The notes: generated from the letters alone by a model not told the origin. 64,000 bases of DNA, filler included, from Chiloscyllium plagiosum (GCF_004010195.1; 4 parts of one record of this genome joined end to end with filler, not necessarily neighbours in it), one strand, 5' to 3'; shown: positions 24,221 to 37,349, numbered from the whole stretch's first letter. Program-made: numbers and translations.

Positions 24221-25154
24221 AAAAAACTGTCTGTATATGAATAGGAAGGGTTTGGAGGGATATGGTCCAGGTGCTGGTAAATGGGACTAGTTCTGTTTAG
24301 GAAACTTAGTTGGCATGGGTGTGTTGGGCCGAAGGGTCTGTTTATGTGCTGTATGAATCTACATCTGTTGGTCCTTTGATACAGCCCAACAACAGTTGCA
24401 AATGACAGCGGTTGTGAAACAGAGAGTGAGCAGGGAGAAGGGCTAATGCCATCATAACTCCACTCTGTCATTGCCTGTACCTTCCTCACTGAACCACGAC
24501 CTCTCATTATAGCAAAACACAAATTACTTTGCAGACATAATTATCAGAGTGGAATTTGACATTGAGCCACAGAAGGGGACCCAATCAGTAGAACAGTAGT
24601 ACAGCGTAGCAACAGGCCCTTCAGCCCACCATGAATGTGCTGACCATGATGTCATTCTGTACTAAACCCATCTGCCTGAACATGCTCCATATCCCTCTCT
24701 TCCCTTCCTCTCCATGTGTCTGTCTAAATGCCTCTAAAACGTTGCTATTGTAGCTGCTTCTCCCACCTCCCCTGGCAGCGGGTTCCGGGCACCTACCACC
24801 CTCCGTGTCAAATACTTGCCTCGTACATCACCTCTAGACTCTCCCCCTCTCACCGTAAACCTATGTCCTCTAGTGTTTGGCATCTCCACTCTGGGATAGG
24901 GACTCTTATCCATGTCTGCCCTATCCATGTCTCCCATCGTCCCTCAGCCCCTGACGCTCTCTCGCTAGCATTCTGTGGATCTTCCTGTTCTCTTTGTTTA
25001 GTTTGATCTATCCTCGGGTTCTTCCCATTGACCCACTTCATAGAACGTACATCGTGCCAAACTTACATCACTCTATCAACATGTTCCCAGAGCACCCCCT
25101 TTCATGTAACATTTCGTCCAAGACATTCGATAAATTGAATTCCACATATACTTA

Positions 25155-25282
25155 GTATTCCCGATGAAGAGCTTATGCCCGAAACGTTGATTCTCCTGCT
25201 CCTCGGATGCTGCCTGACCTGCTGTGCTTTTCCAGCACCACCCTCTCGACTCTGATCTCCAGCATCTGCAGACCTCACTTGC
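25155..25282 (+). mobile_element. Penelope terminal repeat (family A), degenerate hammerhead
   Basis: ccgatga-agagcttatgccc-gaaacgtt followed by the family A repeat. Confidence 0.7.
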
Positions 25283-26631
25283 GCCTACCTGATATTCCCT
25301 ACCCGTGGGGACTGGGAAAACCCAGCATGAGGGTTGACGTGGGTCTTCCCAAAAATCGGCAGCTTCGTGTCCTATCAGGCTGCCGGGAATTTCAGCTTAC
25401 AGTTCTCGATCCCTAACTTCTGAATGTTTGGTTTCTCCCTGAAGAACCATCACTTACAACATCGTCAGGCGATACAGTGTCAGCGTGGTCAGCAGCTTTG
25501 TCCAGGATGGTGTCGAGCTCCTTGAGCGCTGTTGGAGCTGGGAAGCCATAGTGTAGCGCTAATCCCACTGGCCTAGGCTCCAGGAGCAGTGAGATTATGT
25601 TGGATTAAAAAAAAACACAAAAGAGATGTGGATGCTGCAAGTCAGAAAGAGAAACAGCAATTGCTGGAAAAGCTCAGCAGGTCTGGCAGCATCTGTGGAG
25701 TGAATGTTTCACAGCTGGGCAGGACTTTGGTGAGGCCCCAGCTGGCGAACTGTGTGTGGTTCTGATCCCCGCATTGTAGGAAGGATGGGATTGTACTGGA
25801 GGGGCTGCAGAGGGGATTGCATAGGATGCTGTCTGGGGTGGAGCATTTCAGCGATGGAGAGAGGCTGCATAAGTCCGGGATGTTTTCTTTGGAGCAGGGA
25901 ATACTGAGGGGGATCTGATTGATGGGTATATGATTACGAGGGGCATGGAGAGGGGCGATAGAGAGCAGCTGTTCCCTCTCGTCGAAGGGGCAATTATAAA
26001 GTGAAAAGCAGGGGATTTGAGGAAAAGATTCTTCTCACCCCAGAGAATGTCGGGGGGACTGGAATGCCTGGCTGGGGGAGGGGGGGGTTGGGGGGGGGGG
26101 AGGTGAGGTGAGACAGGAAACCTTTCACGGATGGACACTTGACATGTCGCAGTGTTCATACTGTGGACCGAGTGCAGAAAAGTGTAGGTAGGGAGTATGA
26201 GTTTACCACAGATTTGATGGGCTGAACGGCCTCTTCTGTACTGTGCCGTTCTATGATTCAATGACGAGCGATCCCAGAATCCCAGGTTAATGCCCTAGGC
26301 AGACGGAGAACTTGAATTCATGCAGCTAAAAGCTGACCAACCCATCTGGCTGGCTATTGCCCTTTAGGGAAGGAAATGGTCACCTTTACCCAGTCTGGCC
26401 TACACATGACTCCAGACCAACACCAATGCAGCTCATTCCTAACTGTCCTCTGGGTAATTAGGGATGGCTAATAAACGCTGGCACCCCCACATCCTGTGAA
26501 TGCAGCAAATACAAAACTCACCCAGGGAAGGAGTGGGGGGCGAGCATTGTCCCATCAGACCCTTGCTCCTTGCCACCGGGGCTGGTTTGCGGCTGCTTCC
26601 ATTTCAAATAGATTTCACAGACGCTAATAGG

Positions 26632-27526
26632 ACCAGAACACAGCCCTCCCCCCACTCCGGGGGTCGCATTTCCAGCCCCTGCAGTTACAATGCTCCAGTG
26701 CAGCTAACCTGGAGCATGGGGAGCTGTGCATCAGGCAAGATGCTGGTGTCAGGAGGGCACACTCACGGGCACCATGCTGGGCACCGCTCAGTCAGGAAGC
26801 CTTGGGGTGAGGGCATGTATCTCAGGCTGACACTCACAGGGCAGTGCTGAGGGAGTGCAGTCCTGTCAGGGGAACTGCCCTTCAGACCAGCCATTAAATT
26901 CCAGCCCCCTCTGTCCTGTCAGGGAGTATCAGGTGTAATCTCAGAGGAGAGCTGGAGAGTTATCCCTGGCTGGACCGGCCACTGGAAAAGCCTTATTCGA
27001 CATCGCAAGGCATACATTCGCTGGCCATGGTCATGTTGCTGTTTTGGGATCTTGCTGTGCACATACTGGATGCCTGGTTTCTGACATGACCTCAGCGACT
27101 TCAGAAGGGTCTCATTGACTGCAAACTGCTCTGAGATAACCGGTGGTCATGAAAGGCGCTACAGGAATGCAGGTCTTTCCTTGAGGTCTCACAGCTGAGG
27201 TCCACTTGGGGAAGCAGTCTGGCTGTGGGGTTTGCAGGGGGGGGGGGTGGGGGAAGGATTCTACAGGAATGTCTGTCCATTTTGTGTCCAGAGCTTTCCC
27301 CTAATGAGTAAGATGCTCACCGAAGTGAGTAAGTGGAGTAACTGCTGGTGAGAGAGGGGTTATTACCCTTAACAATTAGACACCAGGCTGATGTTGCCAA
27401 ACAAATTAATATCGAGCCTGTTAATGAGTTTGGATTTACATAAAACCTGTTCCATTCCCTTCTCCCTCCCAGTACAGGCCGACAGTTCCTCACTCTGACT
27501 GTGTCTAATGGGCTTTGACATCTTAA
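26632..27526. repeat. Right arm of the inverted duplication; contains a Deu/Nin-domain SINE on + (about 26730-27182)
   Basis: Core aggctgacactcacagggcagtgctgagggagtgc, gttgctgttttgggatcttgctgtgc, and tail gaaaggcgctacaggaatgcaggtctttc resemble SacSINE1/AmnSINE1-type SINEs. Confidence 0.85.
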
Positions 27527-28007
27527 TTTGATGCCGCATTCCAATTTGCCCATAAGCCATAGACTTGGCCAATAGCTCAGACACAATCTGTCTCCCATTA
27601 TTTAATCGCTGCACATAAGCCATCAAGGGGGGGAGAGAGAGAGAGAGAGAGAGAGCTGAATCCCTTTGAAACTGTGATAGCAACACAACGATCTCGGAGC
27701 CAGTATGTTATTGGGAAGAGAAGCCACTCATTTCTCTGGCATGTCCCCTTTCAGGGCGCAGTGTTGGTAGACTGTAACGCTTTCAGTATTCCCGAGGCTC
27801 AGGCTAATACTGTGGAGGTATGGTGTCAAATCCCATTATGGCTTCTTATGGGGTGTAAATCCATTTCACAAATGTGGGAATGAAAGCTAGCCTCAATGAT
27901 GGTGACCACTGTCAATTGCTGTAAAAGCCCATCTGGATCACTCCTGTCCTTTCGGGAAATCTAACATCCTCACCCGATCTGGCCTGCATGTCCAAAGTCA
28001 CATGTCA

Positions 28008-28200
28008 TCAGGTTATAGTCCAACAGGTTCATTTGAAATCACAGGCCTTTTCAGCGCTGCTCCTTCAGCAGGTGAAGTGACTTCTCCAGGAGCAATGCTG
28101 TGAAAGCTTGTGATTTCAAATGAACCTGTCCCACTATAACCTGGTGTCGTGGGCCCTCTGACCATGTCCACCCCATTCCAACACCGGCACCTCCACATCG
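28008..28200. mobile_element. Penelope terminal repeat, inverted arrangement (family C, degenerate)
   Basis: caggttatagtccaacaggttcatttgaaatcac versus gtgatttcaaatgaacctg...actataacctg. Confidence 0.65.
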
Positions 28201-29099
28201 TGCCCGAGATGTGACCCCAGCCCCACAGCAATGTGGCTGACTCTGAACTGCCCTCTGAAATGAAAAAGAGAGCCGTTCAGTTCAAAGTTCATTCAAGATG
28301 GACAGCAAATCCCTCCAGTGACACCTGCATCGCGAAAGTAGAAATATTAAACTCCGCAATACCACATCTGGAGTCTCTCGGGGAGCTGAGGTGTTGGAGA
28401 AGTGTCTGCACCATAGCTGTCGTGTGACTGGCCTGGTGCTCTGTGCTGCCAACTTGCAGAAGAACGGAAGAAATAGGAACAGGAGTAGGCTATTCGGCCC
28501 CTTAAGCCTGCTATACCATGCAGGAGGATCATGGCTGATCCAACATTCCCCACATCCACCTTGGGTTTCATTATTCATTTTGGTGGATGTGGGTGTCACT
28601 GGCTGGGCCCAGCATTTATTGCCCGTCCCTAGTTGCCCCTTGAGAAGGTGGGGGTGAGCTGCCTTCTTGAACCTCTGCAGTCCATGTGATGTGGGTAGAC
28701 CCACAATGCTCTTAGGGAGGGGATTGTGACGCAGCGACACTGAAGGAACTGAGATATATTTCCAAGTCAGAATGGGGAGTGGCTTGAGGGGAACTTGCAG
28801 GGGGTGGTGTTCCCATGTATCTGCTGCCCCTGTCCTTCTAGATGGAAGTGGTTGTGGGATTGGAAGGTGCCCTTTCCCTGTATTCCTTGATTTCCCCAAC
28901 AGATTGAGAAAAGAACTTTGACTAAGAAACAGAAATTGGTTGTGAACCATCCCAGTCCGAGATGCTATCAGCACTTGGAACAATAGCCATGTTTGACAGC
29001 ATCTTCCCTCACCCCCGACAGTCCTGAAATATTGTGGAACAGTTTCTCTAATGTACTAGGCCGGTGGTCAGCACTTACTGTTGGTGTGTCATGTCCTTT

Positions 29100-29815
29100 G
29101 CAGATAGAGAGAAAGATACAATCACAGAGGGTTGGTTTGTTGGTGTAGCAAGTAATTAAGAAACAAATGGAACATTGTCCTTCATTTCTAAAGGGATTGA
29201 GTTTAAAAGCAGAGAGGTTATGTTGTAGCCGTATAGCGTGCTGGTGAGGCCACACCGGGAGTACTGTGTGCAGTTTTGGTCTCTTTACTTGAGAAAGGAT
29301 GTACTGGCACTGGAGGGGGTGCAGAGGAGGTTCACTCGGTTAATCCTAGAGTTGAGGGGGTTGGTTTATGAGGAGAATCTGAGTAGATTGGGATGATACT
29401 AACTGGAATTTAGAGAATGAGGGGGGACCTTATAGAAACATATCAAATGATGAAGGGAATAGATAAGACAGAAGCAGGGAGGCTGTTTTCATTGGTGGGT
29501 GAAACTAGAACGAGGGGGCACAGCCTCAAAGTGAGGGGGGGGGGCAGATTTCGGACTGAGTTGAGGAGAAACCTCTTCACCCAGAGGGTTGTGAATCTGT
29601 GGAATTCCCTGCCCAGGGAAGTGGTTGAGGCTTCCTCATTTAATGTTTTTAAGGCAAAGATGGATAGATGTTTGAACAGTAAAGGAATTAAGGGTTATGG
29701 TGAAAGGGTGGGTCACTGGAGCTGAGTCCATGAAAAGATCAGTCATGATCTTGTTGCGTGGTGGGGCAGGCTCGGGGGGGCCAGATGGCCTACCCCTGCT
29801 TCTAGTTCTTATGAG
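29100..29815 (+). mobile_element. CR1 LINE 3' fragment
   Basis: MRGDLIETYQMMKG...FTQRVVNLWNSLP and CR1 tail. Confidence 0.88.
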
Positions 29816-30598
29816 GTTTTGATTAAAGATTAATTTTGTCCTGGAGTCTGGGGAGTATCCCCTTCTTCCAAGTAATGTCCAAGGGAAGTCTCACAGACAT
29901 CTGGGAGGGCGGAGGGTCCTGGCCAGACAGAGACTCGGGCCTGGTCCGATGGTGTCTGTGACAAAGAGTTTCACCCAAAAACGTTGCCTTTCCTGCTCCT
30001 GGGATGCTGCCTGGCCTGCTGTGCTTTTCCAGCGATTGATTCTGATTCTGCCTTGCAGCATCCTCAGTCCTCACTGTCTCCTGTGTCTGTGACAATGCAG
30101 CTTTCCCTCAGTGTGCTGCTGAGAGGGGTCAGCCTGTGATCTGAAGTCGGACTCCTACACTGGGACTCAGAGTGCAGAGAATGTACTCCTACGTCTCTTT
30201 CTCTCTCTCTCTCAGTCATACAACAAGACCAAGGCGAATCAGCTTCTGTGAATTGACATCCGCGTTAACACGTGCAGTCAAATCAAACCGTAGTGGTGGG
30301 GACTGAAATGGTCAGATTTATTGCATCTGGTTCTGGTCACCACAGGAAGGATGTGGAGGCTTTGGAGAGGGTTTCCCAGGGTGCTGCCTGGATTAGAGGG
30401 TATGAGCTATAAGGACAGGCGAGAAAAACACAGGTTTGTTCTCTGGACCGGTGGAGGCTGAGGGGAGACTTGATAAAAGTCTATACCATTGTGAGATAGA
30501 GTTGACATTCAGAATCTTTTTCCCAGAGTTGAAATGTCTAAAGCTAGGGGGAAATGCATTTCAGGTGAGAGGGGAAAGTTCAAAGGAGATTTTCACAC

Positions 30599-31678
30599 AG
30601 ATATTAAGGGATATGGGCCAAAGGCAGGGATGTGGAGTTAGGCCACAGATCAGCCATGATCCCATTGAATGGTGGAACAGGCTCAAGGGGCTGAATGGCC
30701 TCATGCTGCTCCTACGTTCCCTCAATTCCTCATCCTTTTGATATCATTCATTGTCTGCTTTGAACTCTCCCCTAAATTGCATGATCTGGGTCATCACTGC
30801 TTTTAAAATTTCTCTCACATCAGCCCCAGGGGACCTTCCCATCTAAACTCCGTGTCGCCTAATCCTTGTCCAGTCAGCCACTGAGATTGTACGGTTCTAT
30901 CCCATCTCCTGCTTCCTGGAGACCAGGTAGGACTCTGGAATACACTGCCAGGGGTGGTAGTGAAGGCAGATACGATGCGGGGGGGGGAGTGGTTTAAGGG
31001 ATTTTTTGATAAGCACGTGAGCATGGAAGGAATGCAGGGATACGGACCAAAGGAAGGTAGATTGGATGAGTTTAATTTGGCATCATGTTGGGTACAGCAT
31101 GGTGGGTGGAAGGGCCCATTACTGTGCTGTACTCTCCCAGGGGAAAGGAAGGAGGTGTCTGGTTCTTCATCTCTTGTCCGCTGGGGTGAGGTGGTGAGAA
31201 AGCAGTAACTCTTCAGTGAGGTTCAGCCTCGGCCACCCTCTGGGAAGGATTCTTGAGTGATTGCGGAGGAGATTGATCAGAACGGCTGCTGGGGATGAGG
31301 GCTCAAGTGACAAAGTTGGGTTGGGGAGGCTGGGACTGGGTGGCCTGCAGGAAGCAGGAGATGGTGGGGAGATGGGATAGAACCGTACAATCTCAGTGGC
31401 TGACTGGACAAGGATTAGGCGACACGGAGTTTAGATGGGAAGGTCCCCTGGGGCTGATGTGAGAGAAATTTTAAAAGCAGTGATGACCCAGATCATGCAA
31501 CTTAGGGGAGAGTTCAAAGCAGACGATGAATGATATCAAAAGGATGAGGAATTGAGGGAACGTAGGAACAGCAGGAGGCCATTCAGCCCCTCAAGCCTGT
31601 TCCGCCATTCAATGGGATCATGGCTGATCTATGACCTAACTCCACATCCCTGCCTTTGGCCCATATCCCTTAATATCT
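30599..31678. repeat. Inverted duplication, arms about 30599-30918 and 31348-31678
   Basis: The arms are reverse complements with scattered mismatches and span the junction between two different CR1 remnants. Confidence 0.88.
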
Positions 31679-31824
31679 TTGCTTAACAAAAATGGTATCT
31701 ATCTCAGATTTAAAATTTGCAATACAACTGTGGAAATAAACCTGCTAGAATCAGGGTGATCGAGATCGGGGGGGGAGGTGTGGGTGAATAGGACTGACTG
31801 AATTACCCCACACAGGGCTGGTAT

Positions 31825-32105
31825 GGAAACAGTGGGCAGAATGGCCTCTTCTGTTTTGTAATGCCCAGGTCACACTGCAGAGTGTTCTTGAGGGTGTGGT
31901 GGGAATGGCAGGTTTAAATGGGAGGAAGTGAAAGCGGGGCAGTGGGAAGGGGATTAAATGGGGGCGGGAAACAGTGGGCAGAATGGCCTCTTCTGTTTTG
32001 TAATGCCCAGGTCACACTGCAGAGTGTTCTTGAGGGTGTGGTGGGAATGGCAGGTTTAAATGGGAGGAAGTGAAAGCGGGGCAGTGGGAAGGGGATTAAA
32101 TGGGG
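31825..32105 (+). repeat. 142-bp direct tandem duplication at a contig end
   Basis: ggaaacagtgggcagaatgg... starts at 31825 and 31967 and is identical up to the gap. Confidence 0.85.
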
Positions 32106-32205
32106 NNNNNNNNNNNNNNNNNNNNNNNNNNNNNNNNNNNNNNNNNNNNTTAATTAATTAANNNNNNNNNNNNNNNNNNNNNNNNNNNNNNNNNNNNNNN
32201 NNNNN

Positions 32206-32293
32206 GACCCTCCGAAGTGCGGCACTCCCTCAGCACTGACCCTCCGACAGTGCGGCACTCCCTCAGCACTGACCCTCCGACAGTGCGGCACTC
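32206..32293 (-). repeat. 33-bp satellite remnant (same family as 63078-64000, opposite orientation)
   Basis: gaccctccgacagtgcggcactccctcagcact units. Confidence 0.88.
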
Positions 32294-33674
32294 TCCCAAC
32301 GCTGACGTTGACCTGGTGAATAAATGTGTGGGGAGATGGACAGAGGACGGGAGTCTGTCAATAACTAGTTCCAGACTGGACTATGACGTGAATCCTCCGG
32401 AGAGTGTCTGTCTGACTGTCCTGATGAAATTATCATTCAGCCATGAAGCCATAGTCATAGAGCCATAGAGATATACAGCAAGGTAATAGACCCTTCGGTC
32501 CAATTATTCCATACCGACCAGATATCCCAACCTAGTCTAGTCCAATTTGCCAGCATTTGGCCCATATTCCTCTGAACCCTTTTACTCCTCAGACCTGGGG
32601 ATACTTTCAATCCCTCACTTGGGGCAAAGGTGTTTGTCCTTTGAGCATTGGGAATGTTGGGTTTAATAGTACATGTCTCAGGCTCATGTTGACTTTGTTT
32701 CCATGTCGGGAGTTTTTCTGATTTCTGATACGGTTTCTCAATATTCTAGAACAGTCCAACTTCAAGCATAGGGGTAGATGATGAGGAAAATCAACCCAGT
32801 GAGGAAAATGAAGCCAGGAAGCTCAATGGCAGGAGGATTCGCCTGACTTCCTGCCAGGCCCGAAAGAAGAAATGTTCGATGGAGTACAGGTGTTACAGGA
32901 ACAGTGCATGCTGCTGCAAATGTAGCTGTGGTGCTACAGCAGCAGGAATCAGTGAGGTGGATAAATTGAGGAGACCATTAGACAGGGGCCGTTCCAGCAA
33001 ACGGAGGAATGAAGTGTGCAAAAGCTCTGCTTTGACTCCTTTCTCGGTCCATGAGGTGAGGTCTGAAGGGCTTAGTTGCTTCCTGGGGGTAAGGGGTGGG
33101 CATGGGGGTGGAGGTGGTGGGCATGGGGGTGGAGGTGGTGGGCATGTTGGAGTGGGATGCGTTGTCCTGAACTGGGAATTACTTCCCCTTTACTCTCCTT
33201 CTCTCGCAAAAGGGGAGCTGCTGGTGCAATGGTGGTGTCACTGGGCATGCACTCTGGGCTAATGTCCTGAGGAACAGGGGTTTGAATCCCACCACTCCAG
33301 ATGGTGAAATCTGAATTTGTGAAAACACTAGTTTAACATGACCGTAAGGCAGAAGAACAGAATTGGGCCATTTGGCCCATCGGGTCTGCTCTGCCATTTG
33401 ATCATGGCTGATACATTTCTCAACCCCATTCTCCTGCCTTCTTCCTGTGACCCTTGACCCCCTTACTAATCAGGAACTTATCTATCTCTGTCTTAAATAC
33501 ACTCAGTGACTTGGCCTCCACAGCCCTCTGTGGTAATGAGTCCCACAGATTCCCCACCCTCTGGCTGAAGAAATTCCTCATCTCAGTTCGAAAGGGTCGT
33601 CCCTTCACCCTGAGACATCTCCCCCATGTCCACTCTATCCAGGCCTCTCAGTATTCTGGAAGTTTTTTTTTAGA

Positions 33675-35007
33675 CTTCGGCCCTCGATGTTACGCCGCCC
33701 TGTCATACCAATCTGAGGCCTATCCCTCCTACACAATTCCATGTACATCCATTTGCCTGTCCAATGACGACTTAAATGTACTTAAAGTTGGCGAATCTAC
33801 TACCGTTGCAGGCAAAGCATTCCACACCCTTACTACTCTCTGAGTAAAGAAACTACCTCTGACATCTGTCCTATATCTATCACCCCTCAATTTAAAGTTA
33901 TGCCCCCTCATGTTAGCCATCACCATTCTTGGAAAAAGGCTCTCCCTGTCCACCCTATCTAACCCTCTGATTACCTTATATGTCTCTATTAAGTCACCTC
34001 TCAACCTTCTCTCTCACAAAAACAGCCTCAAGGCCCTCAGCCTTTCCTCGTAAGACCTTCCCTCCATACCAGGCGACATCCCAGTAAATCTCCTCTGCAC
34101 CCTTTCCAAAGCTTCCACATCCTTCCTATGATGCGGTGACCAGAACTGTACACAATACTCCAAGTGTGNNNNNNNNNNNNNNNNNNNNNNNNNNNNNNNN
34201 NNNNNNNNNNNNNNNNNNNNNNNNNNNNNNNNNNNNNNNNNNNNNNNNNNNNNNNNNNNNNNNNNNNNNNNNNNNNNNNNNNNNNNNNNNNNNNNNNNNN
34301 NNNNNNNNNNNNNNNNNNNNNNNNNNNNNNNNNNNNNNNNNNNNNNNNNNNNNNNNNNNNNNNNNNNNNNNNNNNNNNNNNNNNNNNNNGCCCTCATCCA
34401 GGTCATTTATAAAAATGACGAACAGCAGTGGACCCAACACCGACCCTTGCGCTACACCACTGGTAACTGGACTCCAAGATGAACATGTTCCATCAACCAC
34501 CACCCTCTCGTCTTCTTTCAGCAAGCCAATTACTGATCCAAACTGCTGTATCTCCCACAATCCCATTCCTCCGCATTTTGTATAATAGCCTACTGTGGGG
34601 AACCTTATTGAACGCCTTGCTGAAATCCATATACACCACATCAACCGGTTTATTCTCATCTACCTTTTTGTTTACCTTCTCAAAGAACTCAATAAGGTTT
34701 GTGAGGCACGGCCTACCCTTCACAAAACCGAACTGACTATCCCTAATCAAATTATTCTTTTCTAGATGATTATAAATCCTATCTCTTATAATCTTTTCCA
34801 ACACTTTACCAACAACTGAAGTAAGGCTCACTGGTCTATAATTACCAGGGTTGTCTCTACTCCCCTTCTTGAACAGGGAAGCCACATTTGCTATCCTCCA
34901 GTCTTCTGGCACTATTCCTGTAGACAATGACGATTTAAAGATCGATGCCAAAGGCTCGGCAATCTCCCCCCTGGCTTCCCAGAGGATCCTGGATAAATCC
35001 CATCCGG
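33675..35007 (-). mobile_element. CR1 LINE ORF2 (RT) fragment with internal gap
   Basis: [53 protein letters not shown]. Confidence 0.93.
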
Positions 35008-35111
35008 NNNNNNNNNNNNNNNNNNNNNNNNNNNNNNNNNNNNNNNNNNNNNNNNNNNNNNNNNNNNNNNNNNNNNNNNNNNNNNNNNNNNNNNNNNNNN
35101 NNNNNNNNNNN

Positions 35112-35757
35112 CCTGTACTCAGCCTGCACTCGGCCTGTACTCAGCCTGCACTCGGCCTGTACTCAACCTGCACTCGGTCTGTACTCGGCCTGCACTCGGC
35201 CTGTACTCAACCTGCACTCGGCCTGCACTCAACCTGCTCTCGGCCTGCACTCACCCTGCACTCGGCCTGCACTCAACCTGCACTCAGCCTATACTCAGCA
35301 TGCACTCAGCCTGCACTCGGCCTGTACTCACCGTGCACTCAACCTGCACTCGGCCTGCACTCAACCTGCACTCGGCCTGCACCCGGCCTGCACTCAACCT
35401 GCACTCGGCCTGTACTCAGCGTGCACTCGGCCTTCCCTCGGCGTGCACTCGGCCTGTACTCAACCTGCACTAGGCCTGTACTCAACCTGCACTCGGCCTG
35501 CACTCGGCCTGTACTTAACCTGCACTCGGCCTGCACTCACCCTGCGCTCGGCCGGTACTCAACCTGCACTCGGCCTGCACTCGGCCTGCACTGGGCCTGC
35601 ACTCAACCTGCACTCGGCCTGTACTCAGCCTGCACTCGGCCTGTACTCAACCTGCACTCAACCTGAACTCGGTCTGCACTCGGCCTGTACTCAACCTGCA
35701 CTCGGCCTGTACTAAACCTGCACTCGGCCTGCACTCAGCGTGCACTCGGCCTGCACT
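35112..35757 (+). repeat. 11-bp minisatellite
   Basis: Units cctgcactcgg / cctgtactcaa / cctgcactcaa. Confidence 0.93.
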
Positions 35758-35759
35758 GG

Positions 35760-36520
35760 TTCCTACAGTAACGTCTCCCTTTCCCACTTTGTATTCCATC
35801 TGCCACTTCCTTTCCCACTCTCCCAGCCTGTCCCAGTCCTTCTGCAGCCTCCCCACTTCCTCACCACTATCTGTCCCTCCACCTACCCTTGCGCCATCTG
35901 TAAACTGAGCAACAGTGCCCTCAGTTCCTCTGTCCAGACTGTTAATGTATAATGTGAATCGCTCTGGTCCCAACACAGACCCCTGCAGAACTCCACCAGT
36001 CACTGGCTGCCATTCTGAAACAGACCCCATTATCCTCACTGTCTGCCTCCTGCCAGTCAGCCAATCCTGTATCCATGCCAGTACCTTGCCCCTAACACAT
36101 TGGGCTCTTCCTTATTTCGCAGCCTCCTGTGTGGCACCTTGTCAAAGGCCTTCTGGAAATCCAAATAGATCGCATCCACTGGCTCTCCTTTGTCTAACTT
36201 GCTCATTGCCTCCTCAAAGAATTCAAACAGATTTGTCAGGCATGACCCTCTCCTTGATGAAGCCGTGCACTTCCACGTACATTGCAATCTCATACGTAAT
36301 AATGATGGTAAAACCTTCCCAATGACTGAGGTCAGACTAACCAGCCGATAGTCTCCTGTCTTCTACCTCCCTTCCTTCTCACACAGGGGTGTTACATTAA
36401 CCACCTTCCAGTTCTCTGGGACTCTCCCCACCTTCTGTGATTCCTGACAGATCACCACCAACGCCTCCACAATCCCCTCAGCTATCTCCTTCAGAACCCT
36501 GGGCTGTAGCCCGTCTGGTT
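35760..36520 (-). mobile_element. CR1 LINE RT fragment
   Basis: YLDFQKAFDKVPH, GVLQGSVLGP, WQMEYKVGK. Confidence 0.88.
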
Positions 36521-36989
36521 TGCTGCTGTCAATTGTCCGGGAAAGCCCATCTGGTTCACCAATCCCGTTTAGGGACGGAAATCTTGCCGTCATTACCCGG
36601 TCTGACCTACATGTGACTCCAGATGATGGTTGAATCTTAACTGCCCTCTGGGAAATTGGGGAGGGGCAATAAATGTTGGTCTCGACATTGAACATCATGG
36701 ATACATCCCATTATTGTATTAAACAAGGTCTCACTGATATTTTCTCACCAACCTGTGCGGAGGAGGCATAACATAACTCTGGCAGAGCTGGAATTGAACC
36801 CAAGATTTCTTGCTCAAAGGTAGGAACACCTCCATCGCACCAGAAGCCCCTCTCGTAAGATTCGGTGTAATTAATGAGTGTGATCAGACAGTAATCACTC
36901 CCACAAACAATGCAATCAATGAGCTGTAATCCTTTAATTTATCAGGATATTGGGTGAGGGTCTAAGCATGAGAGGGGTGTGTCTCTCTC

Positions 36990-37021
<32 letters not shown>

Positions 37022-37349
37022 CGCCCCCCCCCCGGTTTTCTCTGTCGCTGACGAGTGATTGACATTCGTCGGCTGGGAATCACTCTGCCCAGAGTGTGGT
37101 GATGTCACCGGGCGTGTGGTCTAAGCTCTAGACAATTGATTCAGAGGCATGAGTTCAAATCCCACTTCCCCCCGACGACTTCCAATGTAACAGAGAGACG
37201 GAGGAAACAGGAGGAGGCCATTCGGCCCCATGAGCTTGCTCCTACATTCAGTCTGATCATGGCTGATCATCCAACTCAGATTCCGGTTCTCGCTTTCTCC
37301 AGTTTCCCCGTGATCCCTGTGTCTAACTCCTTCTTGTAAAAGCTGACAC

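Noticed and set aside
27291..27325. SFPLMSKMLTE between AG and gtgagt, echoing PDE2A EEVSFPL
   Set aside because: The similarity is limited to four residues, it does not fit the expected exon content, and it lies in the duplicated arm.
19293..27526. piggyBac-like DNA transposon with long TIRs
   Set aside because: TTAA is present at the ends, but there is no CC(C/T) terminus and no transposase, and the arms contain an old SINE.
31825..32105. Identical 142-bp tandem duplication as a biological event
   Set aside because: It sits at a contig end beside a join, so an assembly artefact cannot be excluded.
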